NCBI GenBank assembly: GCA_964537395.1
Contig: CAZIBN010000007.1
Location: forward strand, 2,843 to 66,842
Reading direction: 5' to 3'
DNA from: an uncultured Elusimicrobia bacterium
GTDB taxonomy: Bacteria; Elusimicrobiota; Elusimicrobia; UBA1565; UBA9628
DNA: 64,000 nt
The position numbers and the translations under genes are program-made. Numbering within the stretch: the first letter of the stretch is position 1; each line of letters begins with the position of its first letter. This document shows, in pieces, positions 36,033-47,851 of this stretch. The notes below the pieces were generated by a model. That model was not told where the DNA came from. It searched no databases and saw only the letters and a list, made by a program, of their open reading frames with translations.

Positions 36033-37162
36033 GATGCTGTCCTCTCCGCCTCAAGCGCTTGGCCCAGGGCTCCCACAACTTGATCGACCTCGGTGGTCGT
36101 CATTCCGGCGTAAACAGGCAGGCAGACGTGCCGCCCGCAGGCTTCGTCCGCACCCGGCAAAGCCTCGGTCGCGTACTTCGCGAACACGGGCTGGCGGTGG
36201 CAGGGCACCTCGTAGACTTCCCCGCTGAGGCTGACGCTGAACTTTTCCTTCATGGTCTTCTTGAAGCGCGCCCGGTCGATGCCCGGCTCGAGGCGCACGA
36301 TGTACTTGTAGAAGTTGGAGAGCGACCCGGCGGCCGGCAGCACCGGCGTGAGCCCCTTGAGCCCGACCAGCGCCTTAGTGTAGTGGTCGGCGGCGCGGCG
36401 GCGGTCGGCGAGGAACTCGGGCAGGCGCTTGAGCTGGGAGATGCCCACCGCGGCGTGAAGCTCGGAGAGGCGCCAGTTGTAGCCGAGGCGGACGTGGAAG
36501 TTGGTCGTGAAGCCTTCCTTGCCCTGGTCGCGGTACTGGAGCGCTTCCTTGTAGATGCGCTCGTCGTCGGTCACGATCATCCCGCCTTCGCCCGAGGTCA
36601 TGACCTTGGTCGGGTAGAAGGAGAACGACGCGGCGATGCCGAAGGTGCCCGCGGATTTCCCGCCGAGGGTGCTGCCGTGCGCGTGCGCGGCGTCCTCGAG
36701 GAAGAAAAGGCCCTTCTCCTTGCAGAAGGCCGCGATGGCGGGCGTTTCCGGGCTCACGATGCCGCCGATATGGACGATGACCACGCCGGCCGTCTTGGGC
36801 GTGAGCGCGCGGCGCACGGTCTCAAGGCTCAGCGCGAACGTCGAGGGATCCACATCGGCGAAGCGGACCGTTCCGCCGGCATGCAGCACCGCGGCCGGGG
36901 TCGCGAAAAAGGTGTTCGAGGGGACGATGACTTCCTTGCCTTCGACGCCGAGCACGCGCAGGGGGATCTCGAGGGCCGAGGTGCCGCTGTTGACCGCGAT
37001 CGCGTACTTCGAGCCGGTCAGAGCCGCAAACCCCTGCTCGAACTGCTTGGTCAGAGGCCCGAGCGTCAAAGCTCCCGTGCGCAGGGATTCGTCGATGAGC
37101 GCCAGGATCTCTTTGCGGTCGGCTTCGGGGATCACGATCTTCGCGGCGGGAATGTTGGGCAT
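36023..37162 (-). CDS. DegT/DnrJ/EryC1-family PLP-dependent sugar aminotransferase (ArnB-like)
   Basis: AVNSGTSALE...SFSFYPTKVMTSGEGGMIVT (PLP lysine region). SD GGAGAG precedes the start. The 3' end overlaps the epimerase start by 10 nt. Confidence 0.8.
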   Translation of the reverse strand: MPNIPAAKIVIPEADRKEILALIDESLRTGALTLGPLTKQFEQGFAALTGSKYAIAVNSGTSALEIPLRVLGVEGKEVIVPSNTFFATPAAVLHAGGTVRFADVDPSTFALSLETVRRALTPKTAGVVIVHIGGIVSPETPAIAAFCKEKGLFFLEDAAHAHGSTLGGKSAGTFGIAASFSFYPTKVMTSGEGGMIVTDDERIYKEALQYRDQGKEGFTTNFHVRLGYNWRLSELHAAVGISQLKRLPEFLADRRRAADHYTKALVGLKGLTPVLPAAGSLSNFYKYIVRLEPGIDRARFKKTMKEKFSVSLSGEVYEVPCHRQPVFAKYATEALPGADEACGRHVCLPVYAGMTTTEVDQVVGALGQALEAERTASCA

Positions 37163-37299
37163 CTGCTCTCCAGTGCGCCGAATACGGCGCAGGTCATATA
37201 GGCGGCCTTGCAACGCTATATTTTAGCACACCAAACGCCGCCTTTTGGGCCTCCGCTCGTCGAGCCCCTATATTTTCTTCAGGAACTCAGGCTTCAGCT

Positions 37300-37863
37300 T
37301 CATATCGGTGTGAGCTCGCAGGCGACGGCGAGGCCCCCGGGTGTCTTTGGGATCGTGACGAGCCCGCCTGCGACGGCCGTGTAGCCCGGCAAAAGCTCGA
37401 CGGCGCCCTCGAGCGTGCCCAGGCGCAGCGTCGCGGTGCCTTCCGGAGCGTGCACGATGACTAACGGCGCCTGGAGCTTGAGCGCGTGCCCGCGCGTAAT
37501 CCTCATGCGTCCGAGCCAGCGGCCTCGGCGCAGCATGAGGTTGATGTCTCGCACACCCGGGCCGAGCGGCTCGCCGCTCACGTGTTCTTCGCCGGGAAAG
37601 GGCAGCGCGTCGCCTTCGCAAGGGACGCTTTGACGGGCGCCGGCGCGCTCGAGGGTTAGGCCCGGCCCCGACAGGCAGGCGATGAGGCGGTCGATCCCGG
37701 GGAATGCCGAGAACGGCGCTCTCTCCGGCACATCGGCGATCGAGAGCCGCCAGGTCCACTCTCCGCCGGGCGCCGCGGCATCGGTCGCGAGCTCGAGCGT
37801 GGCGCCGAGGCCGTTCTTCCAGGGAGTCCGGCGCGAGGAGGCGGGTGTGATGAGACGTATCAA
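37300..37863 (-). CDS. hutD: HutD/Ves-family protein
   Basis: N-terminus ...TPWKNGLGATLELA matches the HutD signature W.NG.G.T.E. TTG start. Confidence 0.5.
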   Translation of the reverse strand: MIRLITPASSRRTPWKNGLGATLELATDAAAPGGEWTWRLSIADVPERAPFSAFPGIDRLIACLSGPGLTLERAGARQSVPCEGDALPFPGEEHVSGEPLGPGVRDINLMLRRGRWLGRMRITRGHALKLQAPLVIVHAPEGTATLRLGTLEGAVELLPGYTAVAGGLVTIPKTPGGLAVACELTPI

Positions 37864-37887
37864 GGCGTCGTCGCCGTCATGATCGCC

Positions 37888-38276
37888 TTACGCACGGCGT
37901 TTGGGGAGAGGCTTGCGCGTGGAGAAGCCCTCGTCCACGGGGTGGTAATAGGAAACGCGCTTCTCGCCGAGCTTCCAGCATAGGTACGCGTCGCGGCCCT
38001 CGATGCGGGAGGGGAAGTCCACCAGGGCCGGGCTCACGCCCTTTGGCAGGGCTCCGAGCTCGACGATCTTCTGCATCTGCTCGTTGATGCCTTGGGCGAG
38101 GAACTGGAGCTGGGACCGCTCGATGGCCTCGCCGGCATGATCCTCGTCGCCGGTCATCTGCCGTTTGCGCAGGCTCGCGGCCTTTACCTCGGCCTTCGCC
38201 GCGAGGTCGGCGACGGCCGCGAAGATCGTCTCGATTGCGGGGATGAGGGCGTCGGCCTCCTCAGCCGTGAAGTACT

Positions 38277-38280
<4 letters not shown>
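37888..38280 (-). CDS. DUF2203-like small protein
   Basis: N-terminus MKYFTAEEADALIP is typical of DUF2203. Family assignment is tentative. Confidence 0.4.
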
Positions 38281-39760
<1,480 letters not shown>

Positions 39761-39764
<4 letters not shown>

Positions 39765-40159
39765 GGGGCCTTAATGGTATCCAAATTGCGGCCCGGCATG
39801 TGCTTTCCCGCCGAGCGCGCGTGCGCGCGCGCCTTTCGGCGGCGCAGGCGCTCCATCTCCTGGAGCCGCTCGGAGGTCTCGGGAGAGATCTTCATCTCGA
39901 TCTGATCCACGAGCTCGCGCAGGGCGAGGAAGCGGTTGAGGCTGCGCTTGCGCTCTCGCTGGCAGGCCACGCGGATGTCGAGGGGAGGATAGCTCAATTG
40001 GACGCGGTTGGAGGTCTTGTTGACCTTCTGGCCGCCTTTGCCGCCCCCGCGCGAGAAGGACTCCTCGACGAGAGCGAGGCTGATCTTCAGCCGGACGATG
40101 CGAGCTTTGAGGTCCTCGAGCTTGGACGCAGCGACGCCGAAGTCCTCGTTGAGCTGCAC
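39761..40159 (-). CDS. arfB: ArfB/ICT1-like peptidyl-tRNA hydrolase (ribosome rescue factor)
   Basis: GGQ motif SRGGGKGGQKVNKTSNRVQL and a basic C-terminal tail. Confidence 0.7.
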
Positions 40160-40906
40160 CTAGTCCGAGATCAAAGTCGCGCGCAGGAACTCGCGGTTGA
40201 GCCGCGCGATATTGCTGATCTTGATCTCTTTGGGGCAGGCGGCCTCGCACTCGTACTCGTTCGTGCAGTGGCCGAAGCCTTCCGCGTCCATGGCCTCGCG
40301 CATGGCGAGCACGCGCTTCTCGCGCTCGGGTTGGCCTTGGGGCAGGAGCGCGTACTGGCTGACCTTGGCCGCGACGAAGAGCATCGCCGAGGCGTTCGGG
40401 CAGGCGGCCACGCAGGCGCCGCAGCCGATGCAGGAGGCGGCGTCCATGGCCTTCTCGGCCTTGTCGTGCGGGATCAGGATGTTGTTGCCGTCCACGGCGT
40501 TGCCGGTGTTGATGGACACGAAGCCGCCGGCGGCCTGGATGCGGTCGAAGGAGGAGCGGTCCACGACCAGATCCTTGACGAGGGGAAAGGCCTTGGAGCG
40601 GAAAGGCTCCACGGTGACGACCGCGCCGTCTTTATAACGGCGCATGTGGAGCTGGCAGGTCGTGGCCCCCTTGTCCGGCCCGTGGGCCTGTCCGTCGATG
40701 ACGAGGTCGCACATGCCGCAGATGCCCTCGCGGCAGTCGCTGTCGAAGGCGAGCGGATCCTCGCCCTTGGCGATGAGCTGCTCGTTGAGGGTGTCGAGCA
40801 TCTCAAGAAAGGACATTTCCGGCACCACGCCGGAAACAGTGTATTCCACGAGGCCGCCGGGGGCGGCCGGGCCCTTCTGACGCCAGACCTTCAGAGTGAT
40901 GTTCAT
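40160..40906 (-). CDS. sdhB: succinate dehydrogenase/fumarate reductase iron-sulfur subunit
   Basis: 2Fe-2S (CREGICGMC), 4Fe-4S ([12 protein letters not shown]) and 3Fe-4S ([12 protein letters not shown]) cysteine clusters. Confidence 0.9.
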   Translation of the reverse strand: MNITLKVWRQKGPAAPGGLVEYTVSGVVPEMSFLEMLDTLNEQLIAKGEDPLAFDSDCREGICGMCDLVIDGQAHGPDKGATTCQLHMRRYKDGAVVTVEPFRSKAFPLVKDLVVDRSSFDRIQAAGGFVSINTGNAVDGNNILIPHDKAEKAMDAASCIGCGACVAACPNASAMLFVAAKVSQYALLPQGQPEREKRVLAMREAMDAEGFGHCTNEYECEAACPKEIKISNIARLNREFLRATLISD

Positions 40907-40907
40907 G

Positions 40908-42821
40908 TTAGGCGTAGTTCCTCTGCGCGATGTGAACGTTCTCGAACGTCAGGGGCTCGGTGTGGCGCTCGGCCGGCTTGCCCTCGCCCTTATACTCCCA
41001 CGCGGCGACATGTTGGAATTTTTCGTCGTCGCGCTTGGCCTCGCCGTCGGGCGTCTGGTGCTCTTCCCGGAAGTGCCCGCCGCACGACTCTTCGCGCACG
41101 AGGGCGTCTTTGGCCAGGAGCTCGCCGAACTCGAGGAAGTCGGCCACGCGGCCGGCGCGCTCGAGGGTCTGATTGAAGTCCTCGCCGATGCCGGTCACGG
41201 ACACGTTCTTCCAGAATTCTGCCCGGACCTCGGGGATCTGCGAGAGGGCCGATTGCAGGCCCTTTGCGTTGCGGCCCATGCCGACGTTGTCCCACATGAT
41301 GTGGCCGAGGTCGCGATGGAACGCCGCGGGCGTCTTCTTGCCCTTGGCTCCGAGCAGGGCCTTGGTGCGGTTATTGACGTCGCCTTCGGCTTCGGCGAAG
41401 GCCTTGTGGTCGGTCGTCACCTTGGGGAGCTTGTTGCCTGTCAGGTAGCCGCCGATGGTGTAGGGCAGGACGAAGTAGCCGTCGGCCAAGCCCTGCATCA
41501 ACGCTGACGCGCCTAGCCGATTTGCTCCATGATCGGAGAAGTTCGCCTCGCCCAGGCAGAACAGGCCCGGGATGGTGGTCATCAGGTTGTAGTCCACCCA
41601 GAGGCCGCCCATGGTGTAATGCACCGCGGGGTAGATGCGCATCGGCTGCTCGTACGGGTTCTCGTCGGTGATGTGGTGGTACATGTCGAAGAGGTTGCCG
41701 TACTTCTCCTTGACGCTGTCGAGGCCTATGCGCTTGATCGCGTCGGCGAAGTCGAGGTACACCGACAGGCCGGTGGCGCCCACGCCGCGGCCTTCGTCGG
41801 TCATCTGCTTGGCCGCGCGCGAGGCGATGTCGCGGGGGACGAGGTTGCCGAAGGCGGGATACTTGCGCTCTAAGTAATAATCACGCTCCGCTTCGGGAAT
41901 GTCCTGCGGCTTGCGGTTGTCTCCCTTCTTCAGAGGCACCCAGACCCGGCCGTCGTTGCGCAGGGACTCGGACATCAAGGTCAGCTTGGACTGGTGCTCG
42001 CCGCTGACGGGCACGCAGGTCGGGTGGATCTGCGTGAAGCACGGGTTGGCGAAGGCCGCGCCGCGCTTGTACGCCCGCCACGTCGCCGTGACGTTGCAGG
42101 AGTTGGCGTTCGTCGAAAGGTAGAACACGTTGCCGTAGCCGCCGGTGCAGAGGAGGACCGCGTCGCCCCAATGGCGTTCGAGCTTGCCGGTGACGAGGTC
42201 GCGCACGATGATGCCGCGCGCGACGCCGTCGATCACGACGAGGTCGAGCATCTCGCGCCGGGTGTGCAGCTTGACCGTTCCGGCGCCGACCTGGCGCATC
42301 AGCGCGGAATAGGCGCCGAGAAGGAGCTGTTGGCCGGTTTGGCCGCGCGCGTAGAAGGTGCGGCTGACCTGCGCGCCGCCGAACGAGCGGTTGGAGAGCG
42401 TGCCGCCGTACTCGCGCGCGAAGGGCACGCCTTGGCCCACGCACTGGTCGATGATGGCGTTGGAGACCTGGGCGAGGCGGTAGACGTTGGCCTCGCGGGC
42501 GCGGAAGTCGCCGCCCTTCACCGTGTCGTAGAACAGGCGCCAGATCGAGTCGCCGTCATTGGTGTAGTTTTTCGCGGCATTGATCCCGCCCTGGGCGGCG
42601 ATGGAGTGCGCGCGGCGCGCGGAATCCTGCACGCAGAAGGACTCGACCTGATAGCCGAGCTCGGCGCAGGAGGCCGCGGCGGCGGAGCCGGCGAGGCCGG
42701 TGCCGACGACGAGGACCTTGAACTTGCGCTTGTTGGCTGGGTTGACCAGCTTCAGCTCGAAGCGGGCCTTGTCCCACGATTTTTCGATCGGGCCCGTCGG
42801 AACCTTGGATTCGAGCTTCAC
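40908..42821 (-). CDS. sdhA: succinate dehydrogenase/fumarate reductase flavoprotein subunit
   Basis: FAD-binding [14 protein letters not shown], 637 aa, typical FrdA/SdhA motifs. Confidence 0.9.
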   Translation of the reverse strand: MKLESKVPTGPIEKSWDKARFELKLVNPANKRKFKVLVVGTGLAGSAAAASCAELGYQVESFCVQDSARRAHSIAAQGGINAAKNYTNDGDSIWRLFYDTVKGGDFRAREANVYRLAQVSNAIIDQCVGQGVPFAREYGGTLSNRSFGGAQVSRTFYARGQTGQQLLLGAYSALMRQVGAGTVKLHTRREMLDLVVIDGVARGIIVRDLVTGKLERHWGDAVLLCTGGYGNVFYLSTNANSCNVTATWRAYKRGAAFANPCFTQIHPTCVPVSGEHQSKLTLMSESLRNDGRVWVPLKKGDNRKPQDIPEAERDYYLERKYPAFGNLVPRDIASRAAKQMTDEGRGVGATGLSVYLDFADAIKRIGLDSVKEKYGNLFDMYHHITDENPYEQPMRIYPAVHYTMGGLWVDYNLMTTIPGLFCLGEANFSDHGANRLGASALMQGLADGYFVLPYTIGGYLTGNKLPKVTTDHKAFAEAEGDVNNRTKALLGAKGKKTPAAFHRDLGHIMWDNVGMGRNAKGLQSALSQIPEVRAEFWKNVSVTGIGEDFNQTLERAGRVADFLEFGELLAKDALVREESCGGHFREEHQTPDGEAKRDDEKFQHVAAWEYKGEGKPAERHTEPLTFENVHIAQRNYA

Positions 42822-43558
42822 TTGGAGCCTCCTTCAGTCGGCGTGCAGCAGGCCATGACCGGCTTATGGAAAAAGCCGAAGTATACGGGCAGGGACGCGA
42901 AGCCGACGAAGATGAGGAAGGCGAAGGCGAGCCCGGCCTTTTTGAGGAGCGGCGTGTATCGCGGGTGGCTGATGCCGAATGTCTGGATCGCGCTTTGCAC
43001 GCCGTGCGACAGATGAAGCCCCACGCCGCCGACGGCGAGGACGTAGAAGATCGAATAGAACGGGTTGGCGAACCAGCCGAGCACATGCGCGAACAGGCTT
43101 TCTTCCTGGCCCTCGATCTGCCCCTTCAGGCCGCCGATGTCGTACTTGAAGGTCGCGACATGGATGATGACGAAGACGAGGATCAAGGTCCCGGTCACCG
43201 CCATCGTGCGCGAGCCGGGCGTGCGCGCGCCCTTGCCGGTATAGACCTGGTAGCCCTCGGGGCGGGCGGCGCGGTTGGCGAGCGTCGCTCGGATGGAGAG
43301 GAAGATATGGACGAGGAAGAGCGCCACGAGCCCGCCCTCGGCGAGCGGCAGCAGCGGGTTGTGCTCGAGCGCCTCGGCGTACTGGTTGAAGGTCGTGCCG
43401 CCGACGAACATGAGCAGGTTCCCCGCCAGGTGGGCGACGAGGAAGCCGCACAGCAGGACTCCGGCGGCGGCGACCATGATCTTCTTCCCGATCGAAGACT
43501 CGAGGAACGCGAGGATGCGGCAGGAACATTTAGAGGCGCAGGTGGCTTTGGCTTCCAT
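42818..43558 (-). CDS. sdhC: succinate dehydrogenase cytochrome b subunit (three-subunit QFR type)
   Basis: Polytopic protein directly upstream of sdhA. An extended -10 TGATAGAAT lies 6 nt before the ATG (leaderless). Confidence 0.75.
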   Translation of the reverse strand: MEAKATCASKCSCRILAFLESSIGKKIMVAAAGVLLCGFLVAHLAGNLLMFVGGTTFNQYAEALEHNPLLPLAEGGLVALFLVHIFLSIRATLANRAARPEGYQVYTGKGARTPGSRTMAVTGTLILVFVIIHVATFKYDIGGLKGQIEGQEESLFAHVLGWFANPFYSIFYVLAVGGVGLHLSHGVQSAIQTFGISHPRYTPLLKKAGLAFAFLIFVGFASLPVYFGFFHKPVMACCTPTEGGSK

Positions 43559-43689
43559 GGCCCGATTCTATCACGGCATTGATAGGCGGATGTTGATCTA
43601 GGTCAAATATTACGTGGAGCGCGGCCGCCTGTAATTTCTGTTGTTCCTGCGAGTGGATATGCCGTCACGAAAAACGCTATCGTGCCGCC

Positions 43690-45414
43690 ATGATCACCAC
43701 CCTTCTTCTCGCCGCATCCCTCGCGTCGGCCGCCGAAACGGTCAGGAACCCGGACATGTTCACCAACCTCGAGATCGGCGAGGTCGGCGGCCTCGACCCG
43801 GCCTATCCGTACGACGCGTCGAGCCAGTCGGTGATCCAGAACGTGTATGAGACTTTGATCGCGTTCAAAGGCGCGTCCCTGTCGGAGTACGAACCGAGGA
43901 TCGCGGAGAAGGTGCCTTCGCTTAAGAACAAGCTCATATCGGCCGATGGACTTACCTACCGGTTCCCGATCCGCAAGGGCGTCAAATTTCACGACGGGAC
44001 CGAGGTCACGCCTGAGGACGTGCGGTACTCGTTGCTTCGGTTCATGATCACGGATCGCGCGGGGGGGCCCTCAGGACTCCTGTTGGAGCCGATGGCGGGC
44101 GTCCCCTCGACCCGGAATTCCTCGGGGACGGTTACGCTTGATTATAACACCCTCGAAAAGGCGATAAAAATTAACGGCAACGAAGTGGTGATCTCGTTAC
44201 CACGGCCCTTCGGGCCCTTCCTTGGTATTCTCGCGCGGTGGTCTTACGTCGTCCCGAAGGCGTGGGCCGTGCAGCATGGCGACTGGGATGGAACGGCGGA
44301 AACCTGGAAGAATTATAACGATCCGCCCAAAGATAAATCGTTTTTTTATGAACATATGAATGGCGCCGGCCCTTTTAAGCTCGCGCGCTGGGACAAAACG
44401 GCCCGCTACGTGCTGTTGGCCAGGCATGAATCTTATTTTCGCGGCCCGGCGAAGTTCAAGCAGGTTCTCATTAAGGCCGTGCCTGAATTAAATACCCGCA
44501 AGCTGATGCTGCAGGCCGGCGACGCGGACATCATCGAGACGCCGCGTCCTTACGCCTCCCAATTGATCGGCATCCCCGGCGTGATCCTGCTCGACGGCCT
44601 GCCGCGCCTTCAGACGGATCCCGCGCTGTTCTTCACGGTCAAGATCAACCCGGTCGCCAACCCCGATATCGGCTCGGGCAAGCTCGACGGCGAGGGCATA
44701 ACGCCGGACTTTTTTGCCGACGCGGACGTGCGTCGCGGCTTTTCGTATGCGTTCGACTACGAGGCGATCCTGCGCGACACTTTCAAAGGAACGGCGAAGC
44801 GTGCGCTTGGCCCGATCCCGCCGACCGTCGCCGGCTACGACGCCAATCAGCCGCGCTACGTCTACGATCTCAAGAAAGCCGAGGCTCATCTGCGCAAGGC
44901 GTGGGGCGGGCAGGTCTGGGACAAGGGCTTCCGCTTCACCTTGACCTACAACACCGGCTCCGAGAACCGCGAGGCGGCGGCGCAGATCCTGAAGAAGAAC
45001 GTCGAGAAGCTCAATCCCAAGTTCCGCGTGGATCTGCGCGGCGTGGATTGGGCGAACTTCCTGGATAAGACCCAGCGGCATCTCATGCCGCTGTTCGCGC
45101 GCGGCTGGCTCGCGGATTATCCCGATGCGCACAACTTCATCTACGCCTTCTATCACTCCCAGGGCCGCTACCCGTCGGCGCAAGGCTACGCGAACCCGGA
45201 GCTGGACGGGCTGATCGAAAAGGCGGCCGGCGAGCCGTCGCCCGCCAAGCGCGCGGCGATGTACAGGAAGATCCTCGCCAAGGGCTTCGACGACGCGCCC
45301 GCGATCTTCACCGTGCATCCTGCCGGCGTCTACGGCGTCCGGACGTGGGTGAAGGGGCTGATCGATAATCCCGTCAACCTCGGCATCTACTACTACCCCA
45401 TCGAGAAACGGTGA
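43690..45414 (+). CDS. ABC transporter substrate-binding protein, family 5 (peptide/nickel, DppA/OppA-like); orphan
   Basis: Signal peptide. SBP_bac_5-like sequence. No permease or ATPase genes are adjacent. Confidence 0.75.
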   Translation: MITTLLLAASLASAAETVRNPDMFTNLEIGEVGGLDPAYPYDASSQSVIQNVYETLIAFKGASLSEYEPRIAEKVPSLKNKLISADGLTYRFPIRKGVKFHDGTEVTPEDVRYSLLRFMITDRAGGPSGLLLEPMAGVPSTRNSSGTVTLDYNTLEKAIKINGNEVVISLPRPFGPFLGILARWSYVVPKAWAVQHGDWDGTAETWKNYNDPPKDKSFFYEHMNGAGPFKLARWDKTARYVLLARHESYFRGPAKFKQVLIKAVPELNTRKLMLQAGDADIIETPRPYASQLIGIPGVILLDGLPRLQTDPALFFTVKINPVANPDIGSGKLDGEGITPDFFADADVRRGFSYAFDYEAILRDTFKGTAKRALGPIPPTVAGYDANQPRYVYDLKKAEAHLRKAWGGQVWDKGFRFTLTYNTGSENREAAAQILKKNVEKLNPKFRVDLRGVDWANFLDKTQRHLMPLFARGWLADYPDAHNFIYAFYHSQGRYPSAQGYANPELDGLIEKAAGEPSPAKRAAMYRKILAKGFDDAPAIFTVHPAGVYGVRTWVKGLIDNPVNLGIYYYPIEKR

Positions 45415-46055
45415 GCGTCAAGACCGAGCGCGTTCCGCGCCTGATCAAGGGCCTGCGCAAGCTCTATCCGGACGCGCATTGCGAGCTCGATTACACGACA
45501 CCGCACGAGCTGCTGTTCGCGGTGATCCTATCGGCGCAATGCACCGACGTGCGGGTCAACGCGACGACGAGGGCTTTGTTCAAGCGCTATAAGACCTTGG
45601 ACGACTACGCGAAGGCGGACCCCTTGGAACTCGAGGCGATCATCCATTCATGCGGCTTCTACCGCATGAAGGCGAAGTCGATCATCGAAAGTGCTACGGC
45701 CGTGCGCGACCTTCATGGCGGGAAGGTCCCGGACACGATGGAGGCGCTGCTCGCCTTGCGCGGCGTCGCGCGCAAGACCGCCAACGTGGTCCTGGGCGAG
45801 ATCTACGGTAAGCCCGAGGGCGTGGTCGTCGATACGCACATGAAGCGCCTGGCCTATCGCTTCGGCCTCACCGACGAGGAGGACCCGGTCAAGGTCGAGA
45901 GCGACCTGGCGGACATCGTCCCGCGCAAGGACTGGGTGTTCTGGTCCCACGCGGTGATCTGGCACGGACGGCGCGTGTGTAAGGCCCAGTCCCCGCAATG
46001 CGGGTCCTGCTTATTACGCCCCGACTGTCCCCAGCGCGGCATGGATTCCGACTGA
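45411..46055 (+). CDS. nth: endonuclease III
   Basis: HhH-GPD motifs and C-terminal 4Fe-4S CX6CX2CX5C (CKAQSPQCGSCLLRPDC). The GTG overlaps the upstream stop (GTGA). Confidence 0.9.
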   Translation: MSVKTERVPRLIKGLRKLYPDAHCELDYTTPHELLFAVILSAQCTDVRVNATTRALFKRYKTLDDYAKADPLELEAIIHSCGFYRMKAKSIIESATAVRDLHGGKVPDTMEALLALRGVARKTANVVLGEIYGKPEGVVVDTHMKRLAYRFGLTDEEDPVKVESDLADIVPRKDWVFWSHAVIWHGRRVCKAQSPQCGSCLLRPDCPQRGMDSD

Positions 46056-46056
46056 G

Positions 46057-46965
46057 ATGAGGCTCTTCCTATTGGGCCTGATCCCGCTCGCGATCGCCGC
46101 CGCCGCGGCTCCGGCGCCGGAATTCCGCATCGATCCGGCGCTCGTCGACTCTCTGTCCGTAGCGCCTCCCGGCCTGATGCGGGCCGAGCCTTACCTCGTT
46201 CACTTCCGCAAGGGCGAGCTGAATCTCTACTACGTCTCCGCGAACCACGAAAGCCGCGAGGGCGGCAAGACCTTCGAGGTCATCCGCAAGGCCTTCAAAG
46301 CATTCCCGGTCCGCCGCGTGATCGTCGAGGGGCGCCTGAACCACGAGGGCGATGTGTCCGAGGAGAGCGCCCGCCAGATCATCCGCGAAGCCAAAGGCGG
46401 CCGCTACAAATGGGGCGAGGGCGCTTACGCGATCGCGCTCGCCTACAAGAGGGGAATCTCCGTGATCGGCGGCGAGCCGCGCGAGCAGGATGTGTTTTTG
46501 GAGATGCGCCGCGCGGGCTTCGGCCCCGAGGACATGCTCGGTCTCGGCTTCGTCAACATGATCCCGTCTTATCGCGACCAGGGACGATTGGCGGCGGAGG
46601 GGCTTAATGTCCTGTTCGCCGAAACGATGGATTGGAAGCGAAAGGAGTTCGGCGTTCCTCCGAACCTGGCCTTCGACTATGCGGCGTTCGGCCGTTGGTA
46701 TGAGCGCAAGGCCGGCGCGGCCTTCGACCCGGCGAAGATCGACTATAACGTCCTGCGCCCTGATCCGAATGGAACCTTTCTTCAGCGCATGTCCGATGCG
46801 ACCGCCAACATGCGCAACGGCTTCCTCGCCGGCGTGATCGCCGGAGAGGTCCGCGAGTACGGGCACGTGCTCGTGGTCTACGGCAATGGCCACCACGCCG
46901 CCCAGCGCCGCGCCCTCGTCGCGGCGTTCGGCCAGCCGGTCTACGAAGGGCCGCTCGCCGACTGA
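46057..46965 (+). CDS. secreted TraB/GumN/Tiki-superfamily protein
   Basis: Signal peptide. Motifs LYYVSANHESRE and HVLVVYGNGHH resemble the GTxH...GxxH signatures of TraB/Tiki. Confidence 0.45.
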   Translation: MRLFLLGLIPLAIAAAAAPAPEFRIDPALVDSLSVAPPGLMRAEPYLVHFRKGELNLYYVSANHESREGGKTFEVIRKAFKAFPVRRVIVEGRLNHEGDVSEESARQIIREAKGGRYKWGEGAYAIALAYKRGISVIGGEPREQDVFLEMRRAGFGPEDMLGLGFVNMIPSYRDQGRLAAEGLNVLFAETMDWKRKEFGVPPNLAFDYAAFGRWYERKAGAAFDPAKIDYNVLRPDPNGTFLQRMSDATANMRNGFLAGVIAGEVREYGHVLVVYGNGHHAAQRRALVAAFGQPVYEGPLAD

Positions 46966-46981
46966 TCGAGCGCGCCGTCAA

Positions 46982-47025
46982 AGTTATCCCCAACACTTTC
47001 AACGTTGGAAACGCTGGGGATAACT
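46982..47025. repeat. 44-bp nested palindrome AGTTATCCCCA..CAACGTTG..TGGGGATAACT
   Basis: Lies between convergent genes. A second copy, about 40 of 44 identical, is at 52854-52897. Confidence 0.7.
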
Positions 47026-47851
47026 ATTCGGTAGCTTTGGGAAGCGACACCAGGAAGGTCTTGATCGCCGCGCCGTAGGCGGGACCTGTGTCGAGGAAGC
47101 CCTCGTTGTGCGAGCCCTTGAGGTCGACGAGGCGCTTCTTGGCGGCGCCGGAGGCGCCCAGGTTGCGCAGGGCCATCTCGTAGGGGATGATCTCGTCGTC
47201 GGGGCTGTGCAGGAAAAGCGTCGGGATCGTCACGCGGGGAAGGCGCGTGATATTGTCGAAGCGCAGGCTGGCGAGCCGGACCGGGAACCAGGGCAGGACG
47301 AGGCGGCTCATGTCCATGAGCGAGGTGAAGCCGCTGTCCACGATGAGCCCGGCGGCGGCGACGCGCGTCGCGAGCTCGATGGCCGGGCCGTTGCCGAGGG
47401 ACTCGCCGTACAGCACGAGGCGCGAGGCGGGCACGAGCTTGACCGCGTTGAGCCACGCCCAGCCGGCGAGCGCGTCGCGGTACAGGCCCTGCTCGTCGGG
47501 GCTTCCGCCGCTTTCGCCGTAGCCGCGCCAGTCGAGCCAGAGCTGGGAGGCGCCCGCGTCGTGGAAGAGTCGCATCTTGTCGGTGCGGTGGGAGAGGTTG
47601 CCGCCGTTGCCGTGCAGGCAGAGCATGACGGGGGCGTCCTCGGCCGGGCCGGGGATCCACCAGGCCTTCAGGATGACGCCGTCGGACGCCTTGAGGCTCA
47701 GCGTCTCGTAGGCGAGGCCGACGGTGCCCGGATGAGCGGACATCTCGCGCGAGGGTGCGAACACCATGGCCCTTTCGAAGAAGCGCAGTCCGAGCCAGAG
47801 GAGCGCCGCGGCGACGACGAGCGCGGCGAGGAGGTTCAGCTTCACTTCCAC
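47024..47851 (-). CDS. alpha/beta hydrolase (S33/S9-like)
   Basis: HGNGGN oxyanion motif and nucleophile elbow GESLG. Confidence 0.75.
   Translation of the reverse strand: MEVKLNLLAALVVAAALLWLGLRFFERAMVFAPSREMSAHPGTVGLAYETLSLKASDGVILKAWWIPGPAEDAPVMLCLHGNGGNLSHRTDKMRLFHDAGASQLWLDWRGYGESGGSPDEQGLYRDALAGWAWLNAVKLVPASRLVLYGESLGNGPAIELATRVAAAGLIVDSGFTSLMDMSRLVLPWFPVRLASLRFDNITRLPRVTIPTLFLHSPDDEIIPYEMALRNLGASGAAKKRLVDLKGSHNEGFLDTGPAYGAAIKTFLVSLPKATE

Noticed and set aside
43603-43992. 129-aa minus-strand ORF overlapping the SBP gene start
   Set aside because: Antisense to a clear family-5 SBP with signal peptide.
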